A stretch of 64,000 bases of DNA from Cyanophora paradoxa CCMP329. Its lineage: Eukaryota; Plantae; Glaucophyta. Both the position numbers and the translations under genes were made by a program. Under the pieces are notes generated by a model. The model ran no database searches and was not told where the DNA came from. It saw only the letters and a program-made list of their open reading frames with translations. The DNA lies in NCBI GenBank assembly GCA_004431415.1, contig QPMI01000015.1:1-64000 (forward strand), in the 5' to 3' direction. Of the stretch, positions 20,285 through 33,697 are shown one piece after another (position 1 is the first letter of the stretch; every line of letters begins with the position of its first letter).

Positions 20285-21743
20285 ATGCCGCCGACAGAAG
20301 CGACGCCTCTCCTGCAGCCGACGGTGCGAGCCGGGCGCCCGGCTCGCGTACGCGGCTCTCTGGCACCTGAACGGTGCGCTTGCACTGCAGGAAGGCGGGT
20401 CTCTACGAGGGTCATCACGGCGGACCTCGGCGGACAACTCGGTCCGAGCAGGCAGCATAACGAAGATAGCGCGCGTCCCCGTCGCACAGAAGATCCTGAG
20501 CAAGTTAGAAATCGCCCGGTACCAGACCACCTTGGCCCTCACCATCCTCGGTGCGCGTCCGCTCGGCCTGCCAACCGCAAGTCTCGGCTTACCCTTGCGC
20601 GCTCGCAGCGGCGGTTCTCGCCCCGTACCGCATCGCTTTCTTGGTTCGTGTTCGCGCGTGGAGCGGCCCGGCCGGCGTCCTCGGGTCGCGCTGCGACTAA
20701 GACCGCGTGGTGGCCGGCTGCAGAGCGACCGGACGTTGATCTCGCTCTCGCCCGTGATGCTCTTCGTCGTGTTTCTGGACGTGTGGTTCATGATAGACTG
20801 GTGCTTTGACGTTCGGGACGGTGCGCGAAGCTTCTGTTTCAATTTGATCCCCGCTCCAGCCCCGCTCCGGAGACCGAGCGGGGCGAGCGCAGAGTACGAG
20901 GCGCACAGGGAGGACGACGACGAGGCGCCGCTCCTCGTGCGCCTCTCCCACGTCTTCGGCTTCCGCCTCGTCTACCGCTTTGTCGCCGTGCGTATGAAGA
21001 CGCTTTAACTTGAGTTCCCTTCGTTCCGCTCCTCATTCGATCCGACGCAGTCGCTGCCTTACGGGAGCGCGATCTGCCCGGCGCTCTGCGGCTACGCGTG
21101 CTCGGACGGCCCGATGGTCCTCGAGGTCCTCAGGCTTTTGAGGCTCGTCGACGTGCACGAGGCGATGAAGCGCCTCGAGCGCTCGCTCTACATCTCGTAC
21201 TACACGGCCCGCCTCTCCCGCTTCTTCGCGCTCGTCCTCTTCCACGCCCACTGGACCGGCTGCGTCTGGTGGTTCCTCGCCCGCATCGGTTAGCGCGAGT
21301 GTACCCCCCCTCTCTCGCCCCCACCCCTCACTCCCCTCCCTCCCCGCAGACGGTCTCACGGACCACACGTGGGTCGGCCGCTTCAGCCCGGACCTGGTAC
21401 GCGTCCCTACCCCCTACCCTCCCCCCCCCCTCCCCGGGCCCATCTAATCCAGTACCCCACCCTACAGGCGACGCAGGACCACACGGCGCAGTACCTCAGG
21501 AGCCTCTACTTCTCCTTCGTCGTCTACGCATCGGTGCGCCTTCGCTGTACCCCCACCCCGGAATCTCATCGATTGGCTCCGGAGTCCGCCTTTGCTGTAT
21601 CCCCCCCCCCGCGTCGCCCGCTGGAGCTGGACCCTCTCGGAGGAGGGGGAAAGGCGCTGACCCCGGGGCGCCCCGCCCGCGCCTGCGCAGATCGGCTTCG
21701 GAGACATCGCCGCCGTCTCGAAGAGCGAGGAGGGTGCGCCCCG

Positions 21744-21778
<35 letters not shown>

Positions 21779-24700
21779 CCCCGCTTCGTTCGGGCCGAGG
21801 CTGGCGTAGATTAGATTTTAATCTAGCAGATCAATCTGAGCTTCAGCTTCTCCTCTATTCTAATCTAAGCTGCCAAATCCAAGCTCCCTCTCTAATCTAA
21901 TCTTAGCTTCCTAATCTAAGCGTCCTCTCTAATCCAGACACGGCTAATCTTCTGGCTAATCCAGACTAAGCTCGTTATCCAGACTTGGCTAATCTCTACG
22001 CCCCTCTGCCCCGCAGCGTTCCTGGTGTGCGTGATCATGCTGAACCTCGCGCTGGGCGCCTACGTCGTCGGCAACGTCGCCGCCCTCGCCACCTCCGCCG
22101 ACGCCGGCGTCGCCACCTTCCGCGGCAAGGTCGGCGTCTCCAGGGGGGAACGGGAGGGGGGTACGGGGCGTTACCTCGTTAGCATCGGATACGCCCCGTA
22201 AGAGACGGCCTTAGTCCTTCGTACTTTAGAGGCCTTGCTTAGCATCAGGGCCTTACCACTGAAAGAGAGCCGGAACGGGAGAGAGGAGAGGGCCGCGGCC
22301 GCGGCTGGGGCCCGGCGTCGCCGCACCCTGACCGCGAGCGCGCTGCCGCGCAGATGCGGCGCTGGACCGAGTACATGGAGGCGCGTTCTCCGTTCTCCCC
22401 ACCCCCCTCCTCTCTCTAACCCCCCGCCCCCTTCCCCCCCCCCCCCTTCTAGCCTTCGCCCCCATCTAGATAGACGCCCGACGCCCCCGCGATTCTAGAG
22501 GCCCGATTTCCCAGCAGCCTCCCTACTGGCCGTCCTAGCGCGGGCGATCCCAGCCGACCCTAGCCTTCTTTCCTGCTGATTCTAGCCTTCCCCCCCCGTC
22601 CCCTCCCCCCCTCCCCCTCCTCCCCCCCCACCCCCCTCTAGCCTTCGCCCCCATCTAGACGCCCGACGCCCCCGCGCATGTAGACATCTAGCCCTCCTAG
22701 CGCGGGCGCCCCGCCCGCGCTGAGGTCTTGGTGGGGGGGATTCCTTCCTTCCTGCTGATCCTAGCCTCCCTGCGTCTTCCTAGCCTCCCGCCCTAGCCCG
22801 GCGCCCCGCGCTGAGGTCTTGGTGGGGGGGGTACAGGCGCGGCGGTTCCCGCGGGACCCTAGCCGACCCTAGCCTTCCTTCCTGCTGATCCTAGCCTCCC
22901 TGCGTCTTCCTAGCCTCCCGCCCTAGCCCGGCGCCCCGCGCTGAGGTCTTGGTGGGGGGGGTACAGGCGCGGCGGTTCCCGCGGGACCTGGCGCAGCGGA
23001 TCGCCGAGTTCCAGCGCCTCGCCTTCGAGACGCACGACCCCTACCACGAGATCCTCGACGACGAGGTGCGGGCGAGGCAGAGGCGAACCCGCTACCAGTT
23101 AGCAGGTTGTGCTTGGGTCTAGGCCTAGAGGGACCTAGAGCACCTATGAGCTAGCCCGAAGCGCCTTGTGATGACCCGCCGTATCCTAGTGTCTAGGCCT
23201 CACTCCTCACTTGGGCCGGCAGGACCTGCCGTACGCGTACCGGCTGGAGGTGGCCGAGCACCTCAACCGGCCCCTGCTCGAGGCCGGCACGCTCTTCCGC
23301 GGCTGCGCGGACGCCGTCCTCGCCGCCGTCGCCGTCTCCCTTCGGCCCCTCACCTACGCCCCGGGCTCCCTCGGCCAGGTCCGTTACCCCCCCCTTCCTC
23401 CCCCTTTGAGGGGAACTCCCGCTCGTCCCCGGCCCCGCCTCACCCCTCCTCCTTCGTTCGCTCCAGGTGGAGAGCGGGGCGCGGCAGCTCTTCGTGGTGG
23501 GGTACGGCCGCGTCGAGCTCGTCTCCGAGGTGGGTACAGTCGAGAATCGAGCCGCGGTCCTCCCGGCTTTGACCCCGCCCCGCCCCGCGCCCCTCTCTCT
23601 CCACTCTCTAGCCGGCCTAGCCGGAACTCCCGCCGCCCCGCCCCGCCCCGCCGCCCCGCCCCGCCTTGCCCCGCCCCGCCCGGCGCCGCTGTGACGCTCT
23701 CCCTCCCTCGGGCAGGTGGGCGGGGCGTCGGTGGCGCGGGCGGTGGGGGAGGGGGAGGCCTTCGGCGTCGCCGGTTTCTTCTTCCAGACGCCCCTCCACC
23801 TCGAGGTCCGCCGCGAGCGAAGGCTAGCTGGCGAGCGAGAGCTTAGAGCTAAAGCCAGCTGGCTAGCCTAAGCGAGCGAGCTAGCGCTGGCTCCGCTAAA
23901 GCTAGCTGGCGAGCTAAAGCTAGCCGACGAGCTAGAGCTTAGGGCTAAAGCCAGCTCGCTGGCCTAAGCGAGCGAGCTAAAGGTAGCCGACGAGCTAGAG
24001 CTAAAGCCTGAACCTAGCTTAGAGTCTCGGCCGCGGGACGGCTTGGGCTTAGCTCACGGCGGGACGGGGCGGGGGCGCGGGGCGCGCCCTCATCCTAGCC
24101 TAGCCTAGTCTAGCCTAGCCTAGCGTAGCTCACGGCGGGGCGGGGCGGGGGCGCAGGCGCGCGCCCTCACGACGTGCACGATCTTCGCGCTCGACTACGA
24201 GGACTTCGCCCCCGTCGCCGAGACGCACCCCCGTGCGCCCGGCCCCGCGCGCCCCCGCAGCTAGCTAGCTACGCGGAGCCAGACGCCGGGTCTAGAGATC
24301 CATCTAGACGATGCTGGCGGCGCTCTGGGCCTAGAGATCTAGAAGATCTAGAAGATGGGGATCTAATGACGATCTAGAATGATCAAGAAGCCGGGTCTAG
24401 ACATCTAGACGATGCTGGCGGCGCTCTGGGCCGGGCGCGCGCGCTCTATATATATCTCGCGACCAAGGCGCCCTATCGAACCCGCCCACTGCTCTCGGCC
24501 GCCCGCCCGCGATCCCGCCCGGGCGCCTGATGGAGCCGGGGCCAGAGTCGGTGCTGGCGGTGCGGCGGGCGGCAATGGCGCAGCTGCGGGACTTCTACGG
24601 CGACCTCTACCCCCTCGTCGCCGCCGAGCTCCGCCGCGTCCGCCAGGTCCGAAAGAAGCAAGCGAGACGGACCGGCGCGAAACTTTGGGCGCGAGATGCC

Positions 24701-27700
24701 GCCGGCGCACGAAGGGCGAATTCCAGCGAGTCAGGAGAGCTCGGGCCAGATCTGCCCGGGCCGCCGCCTAGATCTAGATCTGCCCGGGAGGGTACGCCTG
24801 CCCGGGGCTGACCCCGGACGCTTCGTTCGCAGTTCAACTCGCAGGACCTCATCCTCGCCGCCTACACCAACGACGTCGCCGTGCGCCCCGTACCCCGTAC
24901 CCCCCCCGCCCCGTACCCCGTACCCCCCCCCCCGCCCCGTACCCCGTACCCCGCGGCCGGCCGTGCCAGCTCCGCACAGGCGTCGTGCTTTTAGCTCGAA
25001 CAGCTAATCGCACAGAAGAAGATAGAAGGCGAGGTTTAGAAGCCTCTGACGGCCGCCCGGGGCGCGCGCGCGCGCGCGCGTGCAGCGGGCGGAGGAGGCG
25101 TCGTGCTTTTAGCTCGAAGAAGCTTAGGAAGCTTCAGAGTAGGAAGCGCCTGACTTCGTTCGCAGCGGGCGGAGGAGCTTATGGCGGAGGGCGTCGACGT
25201 CAACGCCGCCGACTACGACGACCGCACCGCCCTCCGTCCGCCCCGCCCTCCGCCCGCCCCGCCCCGCCCCGCCCCGCCCCGCCCCGCCCCGCCCCTCGGG
25301 CTCTAGCGCCCACATCAAATCTTGGAGGGTGAGCCCGCCCTGACGCCCTACCCCCCGGCAGACGTGGCGGCGAGCGAGGGCCACACCGCCATGACCGAGT
25401 TCCTCCTCGCCCACGGTACCCCGGCCCCGCTTCTCCCCCCCCCCCGAAAAGAAGAAGAGGCCGAGATACTTCGTTCGCAGGGGCCGACCCGAGCGTGGTG
25501 GACCGTTGGGGGGCCACGCCGGCCCAGAACGCCGCGGCCTTCAAGGCGCGCTTTTTTGAAATTCAAATTTTTGAATTCAAAAATTTGAATTCGAATCGCA
25601 GAACGCGGCGCTGGCGGCGCGGCTCGAGCGGGCGGAGCGGGAGGCGCGGGACGATTCGATACCCCACTCGATCCCGGAGGGGGACGAGGAGGCGGGGGAC
25701 GACGTTCCGGCGCCCGCCACCGTACCCCGCACCGTGCGCCTTTCCCGTTCAGCTGAGCCTTCGTTCCCTTCGACGTTTCCTGAGCGGTTTTCAGGCCGGC
25801 TCGGCCCGGTCCACGCCGGTACCCGGGCAGCAGCAGGGGCCGGTCAAGGGCCCCTCGCCTGTACCCGGGCGCGTTGCGTCCCCCGTCGTGTCGGGGCGCG
25901 GCTCGCCCCTGAGGGAGCAGCTGATCCAGCAGGCCCTCGCCTCGGCCGCCGCCGCCGCCGCCGCCACACCCGAGGTCTTCCTTTCGCTCGCTGTCCGCTT
26001 GCCGCCCCGGCCCTCCCCCTCACGCGATCGGGCCGGCGCAGGGGACCCGACCGGGCGCCGCGGGCCAGTCGCCCCGTGACGCCGCCGCCGCCGCCGCCGG
26101 CGGCGGCGGCGCGGACCCACAGCAGCAGCGGGGCCGCCGGCCGCTGCAACTCCGCTCGTCCTCCTTCGGCAGCGGCGGCGGGGGCGCCGGGCCGCTCGAG
26201 CCGCGGCACGCCTCCGCCGCTCCGACGCTGGCGGGGATCGGCGAGGGCAGGGAGCGTGAGCCCGTTCACCACTCCTCCTCCGAGGGGCACATCTCGCTCG
26301 CCCCGCCGCGCGCCAGCGTCGGCGGGGGCGCCGCGTCCCGAGCGGCCTCGCTCGACATGCCCCGCCCGATCCTGAGCGGCGCCGCCGGCGTCGCCGGCAC
26401 CACCGCCACCGTCGGGCGCCCCGTCCCCCCCTCGGCCCGGCGTGGCTCCGTGGTTCTCCCCTCCGGCGTGGTCGGCCCCGCCGGCGTGCCGGCGCCCCTT
26501 TCCTCCGGCTCCCGCTCGCAGGCGATGCCGGCCGCCGCCCTCGGCGTCCCCGCCGTGGCGCTCTCCTCGTCCTACTCGGACTCGCTGGCGGCCGGGGCCC
26601 TCCACAGGCAGCTCACGGGCCTCCGCCGCCGCCACGTCGGCGCCGCCGCCGCCTCCCTCTTCGCACCCGAAGTCCACCCCCCCTCCACCCCAACAGCGGC
26701 GGCGGCGCCTCACGCGCACGGTGGCCGCCGCCTTTCTATCTCCATAGATCACCTGAGCGGCCCCGCGGACCCCGCCTCGGGTCCCAACGCGGCCGCCTCG
26801 GCTTCGTCGCGGCGCCGGGTCACGGTGGTTCCGGAGCGGGAGGCGCGTGCGGGGCGCATGCGGGCGGGGCGCCTCATGTACGTCGAGGCGGGAACGGGCA
26901 TGGAGACCTTCCTCGCGATGGCCGGTGCGCTGTTTGTCGCTGCTTTAGATCCCACTGGCCGCCTTTGGCTTCAGTATAGCTCCGCGATTTAAATTCTGTA
27001 ATCAACTAAGCTTGCTTCGGATTAACTTAGCATTAATATTGCGGTTAGCTGTTCTTGCTTTAGATCCCAGCGAGTCCCTGGCCGCCTTAAGCTTTCCCTT
27101 CGGCGTAGCTTCGCGCACTCCTACTCCCTCCGACCCCTTCTGCGCAGGGGCGCGGCTGCAAATGGCTGCGCGGGCGGCGCTGACGCCGCGGGGCGCCGTC
27201 ATCGACGACACGTCGCTCCTCGGCCAGGTTCGCCCTCCCTTTTAGTCAGCTTCTTCTTCTTAATGCCTGAGAGGAAGAGGGAGAGACGATAAAGAGAAAG
27301 CTCCAGCTTTGCCGCGCGATCGCTCTAAAATTCATCTGTAGTTTCCTCAGCTTCTTTAGCTTAAGCTTAAGCTTCTTCCTCAGCCCGTCCTTCGTGATCA
27401 TGATCGGCTTCCAACGCTTAAGAGAAAGAAGCCCGAGGCCTTCCGATAGCTTGCCCTTGCCGCGCGACTGCTCTCCTGCTTGCGCTTAGTTTTTAGCCTT
27501 TCTCCGAGGCTCCTAGCTCCGTCCTCTGAGCCCCTCCGCCATCCCCTTCGCCCCTTCCTTCGACCGGGCTCTAGCCTGATCTGCGCCTGGCCCCTGACAT
27601 TGCCCGACTTCGTTCGCGCAGGACGACGTCGTGGTGATCAGCGACCAGGTCGAGGGCGCCGGGCCCGGCCCCGGCCCCTTCGACCTGCGGGCGGGGGAGG

Positions 27701-27780
27701 GGGCGCCGGCGCAGGGCCCGGCGGAGGGCGAGGGGGAGGGAGCCCCGCAGCTGCCGCGGGCTCGCATCAACACCTCCTAG
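20285..27780 (+). CDS. Shaker/CNG-family K+ channel with CNBD, ankyrin repeats and a KHA-like C-terminal domain, spliced
   Basis: S4 LRLLRL; S5 HWTGCVWWF; pore [20 protein letters not shown] (split by intron 21534-21690); CNBD LFRGC..GEAFG; ankyrin [27 protein letters not shown]; KHA-like [22 protein letters not shown]. Confidence 0.88.
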
Positions 27781-28234
27781 GCTGTAGGCGGGGGCACAGC
27801 CGCAGAGGGCCCCGGCCGGCCGGCCATAAGAACAATGAATTGAAACATTCGAGCTCTTCCGGCGAGGGGAGTCGGCGCGAGAAGGGCCGCCGGGCCGGGC
27901 GCGCTGTGTGCAGCAAGGTATTGAAGACGGGCTCGAGCTTGGAGGGCGAGGCCGCCCTCCGAGGCTCGTCTAGATTCTGGCCTTAAGAGAAGCGAGAAGC
28001 GAAAGCGTATGAGAAAGCGTCTTAAGTTTCAGCTCCGCGCTTGCGATTGCAACATTACTTGCCTGCATGCATGCGCAGCTGCAGCTTCGAGTTTTTGAAT
28101 CCACAGATAGCTATCGCCATCGCGCAGATAGCAAGCGCTAGCTATTGCTTGCTGTCGCCTGGTGAAAATCTCAGTTCAGCTGGTACGGAGGAAACATCTT
28201 AATTCATTTACTTAATTCATGTCTTCTTTACTTA

Positions 28235-29538
28235 AGGCGGAGGGGAGGGGGGAAGGGGGAGGGGGGGTACCGTCGAAGAGCTGGAATGCCGCCAGCACGG
28301 GTACCAGCACCGCCACTGCGCAGGTGAGATCGAGGCGTCGGGGACGGGGGGGGGATGCGGCTCAGATCGGGGATCAGGCTCACCTGAGGAGACGAGGGCG
28401 GGGTCGCTGGTGAAGAGGCGCCCGGCGACTCTGGCGGCGGCGAGGAGGGCGAGGGACTGGGCCGCCATGCCCCCGATGCTGACGCCCACGCAGACGAGGC
28501 CGGCCCGCCGCGCCGCCAGCGGCCGGCCGGCCCCCAGCAGGTTCCCCACACGCGTCGAGCCGGCTGCGAACGAAGGCGCAGGCGTTAGCCTGGCCGAGAC
28601 CGGTCCGTCTCGAAACGACGTACCCCCCGCGAAGCCGACGGGCAGCATGTAGCACGCGTAGGCGATCTGGAGCACGATGGCGTGAACCGCGAGGGGGATC
28701 GTACCCAGCCAGCCCGCCATTAGCGTGCTGCGGGGGGAGGGGGAGTTAAGTCGAAACGGGGAAGAAAGCGGGAGGGGGTACGCGGACCAGCCCTGGAAGG
28801 TCCAGGACTCGAGGCACTGCATGGCCGAGGCGGGCAGCGCGAGCCGCAGCATCGCCCGCAGCTGCGGCCAGTCCAGAGCCTGTTTGGGGGGGTACGTGTC
28901 GGGGCGGGGCGGGGGGTACGTGTCGGGGGGAGGGAGGCGCGCCTCGCGGAGGCTCCAGCCGCCCCACGTGGGGCGGTGCAGGCCCCTAAGAACGATGTAC
29001 CCCGCGAGGAGGGCGCACAGCAGCGCGCGGGAGAGCGACGTCGCCAGTGGCGAGCCGTGGTACCCCAGCCCCGGCCAGGACCCCACGCCGTTGATGAAGA
29101 TCTGCGGGAGGGGCGTACCCCCCATAAGCGCCGAGCGCTGGGGTACGCAGTCGAGGGCGGAGGGGGTACCTGGTTGAAGAGCACGTTGAAGAGGTTGGCG
29201 ATCACGCCGACGATCATCGCCTGGGGTACGCGATGCGCGCGTCGGGAGGGCGGGGGGGTACGGGTGCGGGGCCGCGCACGGGGTACACGTTGCCCTGGGC
29301 CTGAAGGTAGCGCTGGAGGCAGAAGTACGCGACGTAGGGGTACAGCGAGGGAAGGAGGATCCTGGGGGCGGGGCGAGGCGGAGGGGGTGGATGAGCTGGG
29401 GGAGGGGGAAGGGAGGGGGGTACGGGCACCGGACGAACTCGCCGGAGAGGGCGGCGTTCTTCGGGTCCTCCCCCAGCAGCCGCAGCATCGGATCCGCGAA
29501 GAACTGTTTCAGGAGGAGGGGGTACGGTCAGGCCGGGT

Positions 29539-29569
<31 letters not shown>

Positions 29570-29720
29570 CGCATGGGGAGAGGTGAGAGGTGAGGGTTAG
29601 GGATGGAATGATGGAATGGACGGGGCACGCGAACCCAAAAAACGCGGATGGGTACGCAGAAGAGGGCACCGAGGACCAGGCCGCGCTGCAGGTTGTACCC
29701 CACCAGGTGCAGGCTCCCCG
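28235..29720 (-). pseudogene. Partial, near-identical inverted copy of the MATE transporter gene (internal exons and introns)
   Basis: Reverse complement matches about 54606-56060; the 5' and 3' exons of the full gene are missing. Confidence 0.82.
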
Positions 29721-30604
29721 GATGGGTGGGCGGGATGGGTGGGCGTCGGGGTGTGAGGAGCGCGCAAAGATCACGACACACCGAAGGCGGCGAAAGGTGG
29801 CCGGCCGCGCTCCGACGGCGCAGGCGCCGGCCCCCAGAGCCCCAGGGGTACCTGAGCGAAGGACTGGGTGGGTGAGATTCGTCGAGCGCGCGCAGGCGGC
29901 CCGCGAGAAGCGCACCACCGGATTGGGCTGGACCATGGGCCGCCACGCAGGCCGACCGCGAGAGCTGCGCGCGGCAGCCGCGGCGGCGCGTTTGGCCCGA
30001 CGCTCAGGGGCGCCGGCTGGCTCTGGCAGTGGCTTACGGCCGGGCGCCGGCGACCGCAGTGCTGCGCAGCTAGCTAGCTTGCGCAGCGACGTGCGCATGC
30101 AGGTGCGCATGAAGGCTTGCGCAGCCGGCGCATGTGGCCTACCCCCTACGTATACGGTGGGCCCTACCCCCTGAAAATAGGGTACATTGAGCTGAGACGC
30201 AGACCAATCACAACGCCGTCAGGCCGTCATATACAACTCGGCAACCATTGGGAAATCACCTTGGCGCTTTGGCGGGGTACAACGCATCCGGAACCCTCGA
30301 CGCGGGGAACGAAGCAGCAGTACTCGTGGCAATTTGCTGCAGGCTGAATGCGCAGGCAGCGCAGCCTATCTAGATCTGCAGAAGCTGTATAGCTAGCACC
30401 GCGCGCATGCCCAGCTTCCGACGTCGAGCTCCGCCGTCGTGCACAGCGCTAGGCGCCGCTAGCCGGCTGTGCAGAAGCTGCAGAGCTCCGTCTTTCCCCC
30501 TTCTTTCAAACCGTCTGAGCCACTAGTACTTTCGCCGGTCTCCGAACAGCGTCGGCTTCCACAAACCGCGGCGGCGTGCGTCCAAGCGCACGTGAGCGTT
30601 GATC

Positions 30605-33600
30605 ATGCTATACATTCGGAGCCTGGTTGACAGCTAAACGAAGCGACGGGCGGCTGCGCATGTGCGAGGGCATCCTGAGTGTAGGGAGGTTGTTTCTCGT
30701 CAGCAACGTGCAATGGAGGTGCTGGTCGCGGCGCAGGCGCCCACTGGCAGCTGGGAACACAGCGATGCGGCTGCCGATCAGCCCCCCAGCCCTCCGCCTC
30801 CGGTTCGTGAGGCGCACATGTAGACACTGCGAGGCGCGCGCATGGGGCCGAGCTGCGCTCGGCCTGCGCGCTCCGAGGCTCAACCTCACACAGGCATGTG
30901 ACTGCAGCTGACAGCAACCGTCGCGCGCGCGCAGCCGTACGACGAGGAGGGCATCGAGAGCGTTTTCCGCATCTTTGAGCAGTTCTTTCTGTCACCCTTT
31001 GCGGAGGGCTGGCGGGTCGCGGACACCCGCGGGCCCGTGCGGACCGAGCTCCGGGAACTCCCGCCCATCGCCCCGGCCGCCTCGCCCCTCTATCTGTTCC
31101 GATCGACCGTCGCCCTGCCCGACGTACCCGTCTCGTTCGCCATGCGCCGCACGGTCGCTGCGCTCCGCCGCCCAGCGTGGAACGAGGTGGGATCCGGAGC
31201 TCCAGCACGCGCCTGTACCCCCCTCCCGTAACCGCGTACCCCCAGTTCGTGCTGGAGGAGACGACGCTCCACGAGCTGCGGAGGGCGGCGGGGGACGCGG
31301 ACGGGCTCGGGGGGGTAGAGGTTCTCCTCCAGCGAGCCAACTACTTCGGTAACCCCCCCCTTCCCCCCCCCCCTTCCTAGCGAGGTCGACGGGCGCCGAC
31401 GCACCCGCGGCAGGCTATGAGCTGCTGACTCAGATGATAGTCGCCACGCGGCGCCTGTCGGACGGCTCCGGGCTCATCGTGAAGGTCTCCGCGGAGCTCA
31501 AGGTGATCGATCGCACCCGCGCCCCTCCCTCCTGCGCCCCCTCCCCCCCTTACGGCCCGGTACCCTTCCAGGACGGCGTGTGGACCCCCCACAACTTTGA
31601 CAAGCGATTCAAGTCTATAAATGGAGGCCACGTGGCCGCCCTCCCCGCCGGCGGCTCTCAGGTGACCCTCTTCCACGGCTCCGGCCGCTTCTTCTGGCAG
31701 AACGTGAGTACCCCGCCCCGCCCAGCCCCGCCCGCCCGCCTTCTCCCCCCCCTCTCCGGTCCGCCATCAGCCCGCGTGACCTTCCCCTCTCCCGTTTGCC
31801 CCGCAGCTCCCGCCCCAGCGCTGCTGCGAGCTGATGGCGCCGATGCTGACGATGATGGGCCTCCGGGGCGCCCGCTCCCTCCTGTCGGGGTACGCCGAAT
31901 CGAGGGGGATACCGTTCCGGGGTGCGGGGGGCCAGCCCCGCGCCCTCTCGTTCGCCTCGGGCTCGGCCTCCTTCGCCCTGGGGGGTACGCCCTCCTCCGA
32001 CGCGGGGTTCACGCTCCTGTCCCTCGACCGCGCCGTCGTGGACCCCGACGGCGGAGCCGGCGAGATGGAGTACCCCCCCGGCGCCCCGTGGGGGCCGGCT
32101 GCGCCCGGGCCCTCCCCCTCCCCCCCCTCGGCCAGCCGCGGGCCCCCGCCCCCCGCCGCGCGTGACGTCTTCTACCACCTCCTGGGCCTCGAGGTACCCC
32201 CTGCCCTACCCCCCGCCAACTTCCCCCCCCCCCTCGAAAGATCTGAGGCCGGAGCGGCGCAGCACCCGTCGGACAGGAGCCCGGCGAGCCCCTCCGGCAG
32301 CGACGAGCAGGGCTGGTCCCCGGGCTCCGCAGTCGCAGTCGGCGGCGGAGGCGTAGGCGGGGGCGTTCCGTGCGGGAACAGCAGCAGGAGCAGCAGCAGC
32401 AGCAGCCCGCGGGCCGGAGGAGGGGCGGGGGCCCACGGGGCCCCCGGGGCGGGCGCGGGCGCGGGCGCGGGCGGTGTGCCCCGGCAGCAGCTCAGCGTGG
32501 AGGCGCCCGAGATCGAGGAGCCGCGGCTGCTCCCCCGCGTCGAAGAGGCCATACGGTTCGCCCCCTCCCCCCCCCCCCCCCCCCCCCGCCCCCCCCCTCC
32601 CCAACCCTGGCTAGCTGATAGATGGAAGGAAGGGGCGAACGGAAGGCTCACGCCCGCGCACCTAGCTGGCTGGCTGGCTGACTAGTTTGACTAGTTCGCC
32701 ACCTAGCTCGCTGACTAGTTCGTTCAAGAACACGCGTGGGGCCACGCAGGGGGCATGCCGGAGGCACACGCGTGGGGCCACGCAGGGGCCACGTGTATAG
32801 ACTACTCTGATAGATGGAAGGAAGGCGAGTGCTAAGGCTCACGCCCGCCCGCCCGCCCCGCCCCGCAGCGTCTCGGTGGACCTCGCCCTGCGGATGGAGT
32901 CGATGGGCCTCTCGGAGGGACCCAGGGGCTCGCGGGCCTCGCCCCCCCCGGCCGGCCCGCACGCCTCCGCCTGCAGTCCGGCCCAGCCCTGGCACGTGCA
33001 CGTCGCCCCCCGGCCCCCCGGCTTCTCTCCCTCCCCGGGGGTACAGGGCTCCGCCGGCCCCCACCCGCCGCTGCCCCCGCCCCCCCTCACGCTCTCCCCG
33101 GCGCTCGCCCTCGAAGCTCTCGGTGTACCCCCCGCGGCGGACGCCTCCGCCCCGGCCGCGGGCTCCAAGAAGCGCGTACCCCAGCCCGACCAGTCGGATT
33201 CGGATTCGGAGTACCCCCCTCGGCGAGAGGAGCCGAGGCGGGCGAGGTCGGGCCGTGGGAGGCCCGCCCCGACCGGCCGCCCGATCATCGTCGCGGGGCT
33301 CATCGGTACCCAGGCCGACGCCTACTCTCCCTGCGTCGCCCTACCCCCAACGCGGCCGCCCCGCGATCCCTCTACCCAGGGGTCCAGGAGGAAGAAGGCG
33401 GCGGCGGGGGTACGAGCCCCGGAGCGCGCCAGCCCGCGCCCGATCGCGATCGCGTGCGGGGGTGGGGGGGTACCCTCTGTTTCCGAGCTGCCTTCCCGAC
33501 ACCCCGTGCCCACCTCCCCCGTTCCCGCTGGGGTGGGTCCGGCCCCGGGCGGGGGCGAGGGTCCCCCTCCCCGCGCCAGGCCCGCTTCCCCCTCCTTTCT

Positions 33601-33697
33601 GATGCCGGCGCCCGAGCCCGGCCCCTGGCCTCTTGTCGGCGGCCATCCCGCGCCCTTCGGCCAGCCCCCCCTGGCAGGCACCTTCTTCTGCCAGTGA
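30605..33697 (+). CDS. Uncharacterised spliced protein with a globular N-terminal part (possibly START/helix-grip-like) and a long Pro/Gly-rich tail
   Basis: Coding-like exons (YDEEGIESVFRIFEQF, FVLEETTLHELRR, MIVATRRLSDGSGLIVKVS, INGGHVAALPAGGSQVTLF) bounded by host-style introns. The start is uncertain. Confidence 0.5.

Noticed and set aside
21740-21780. Long poly-C/poly-G runs as telomeric or G-quadruplex elements
   Set aside because: They occur throughout host introns as generic low-complexity tracts, and their lengths are unreliable in long-read assemblies.
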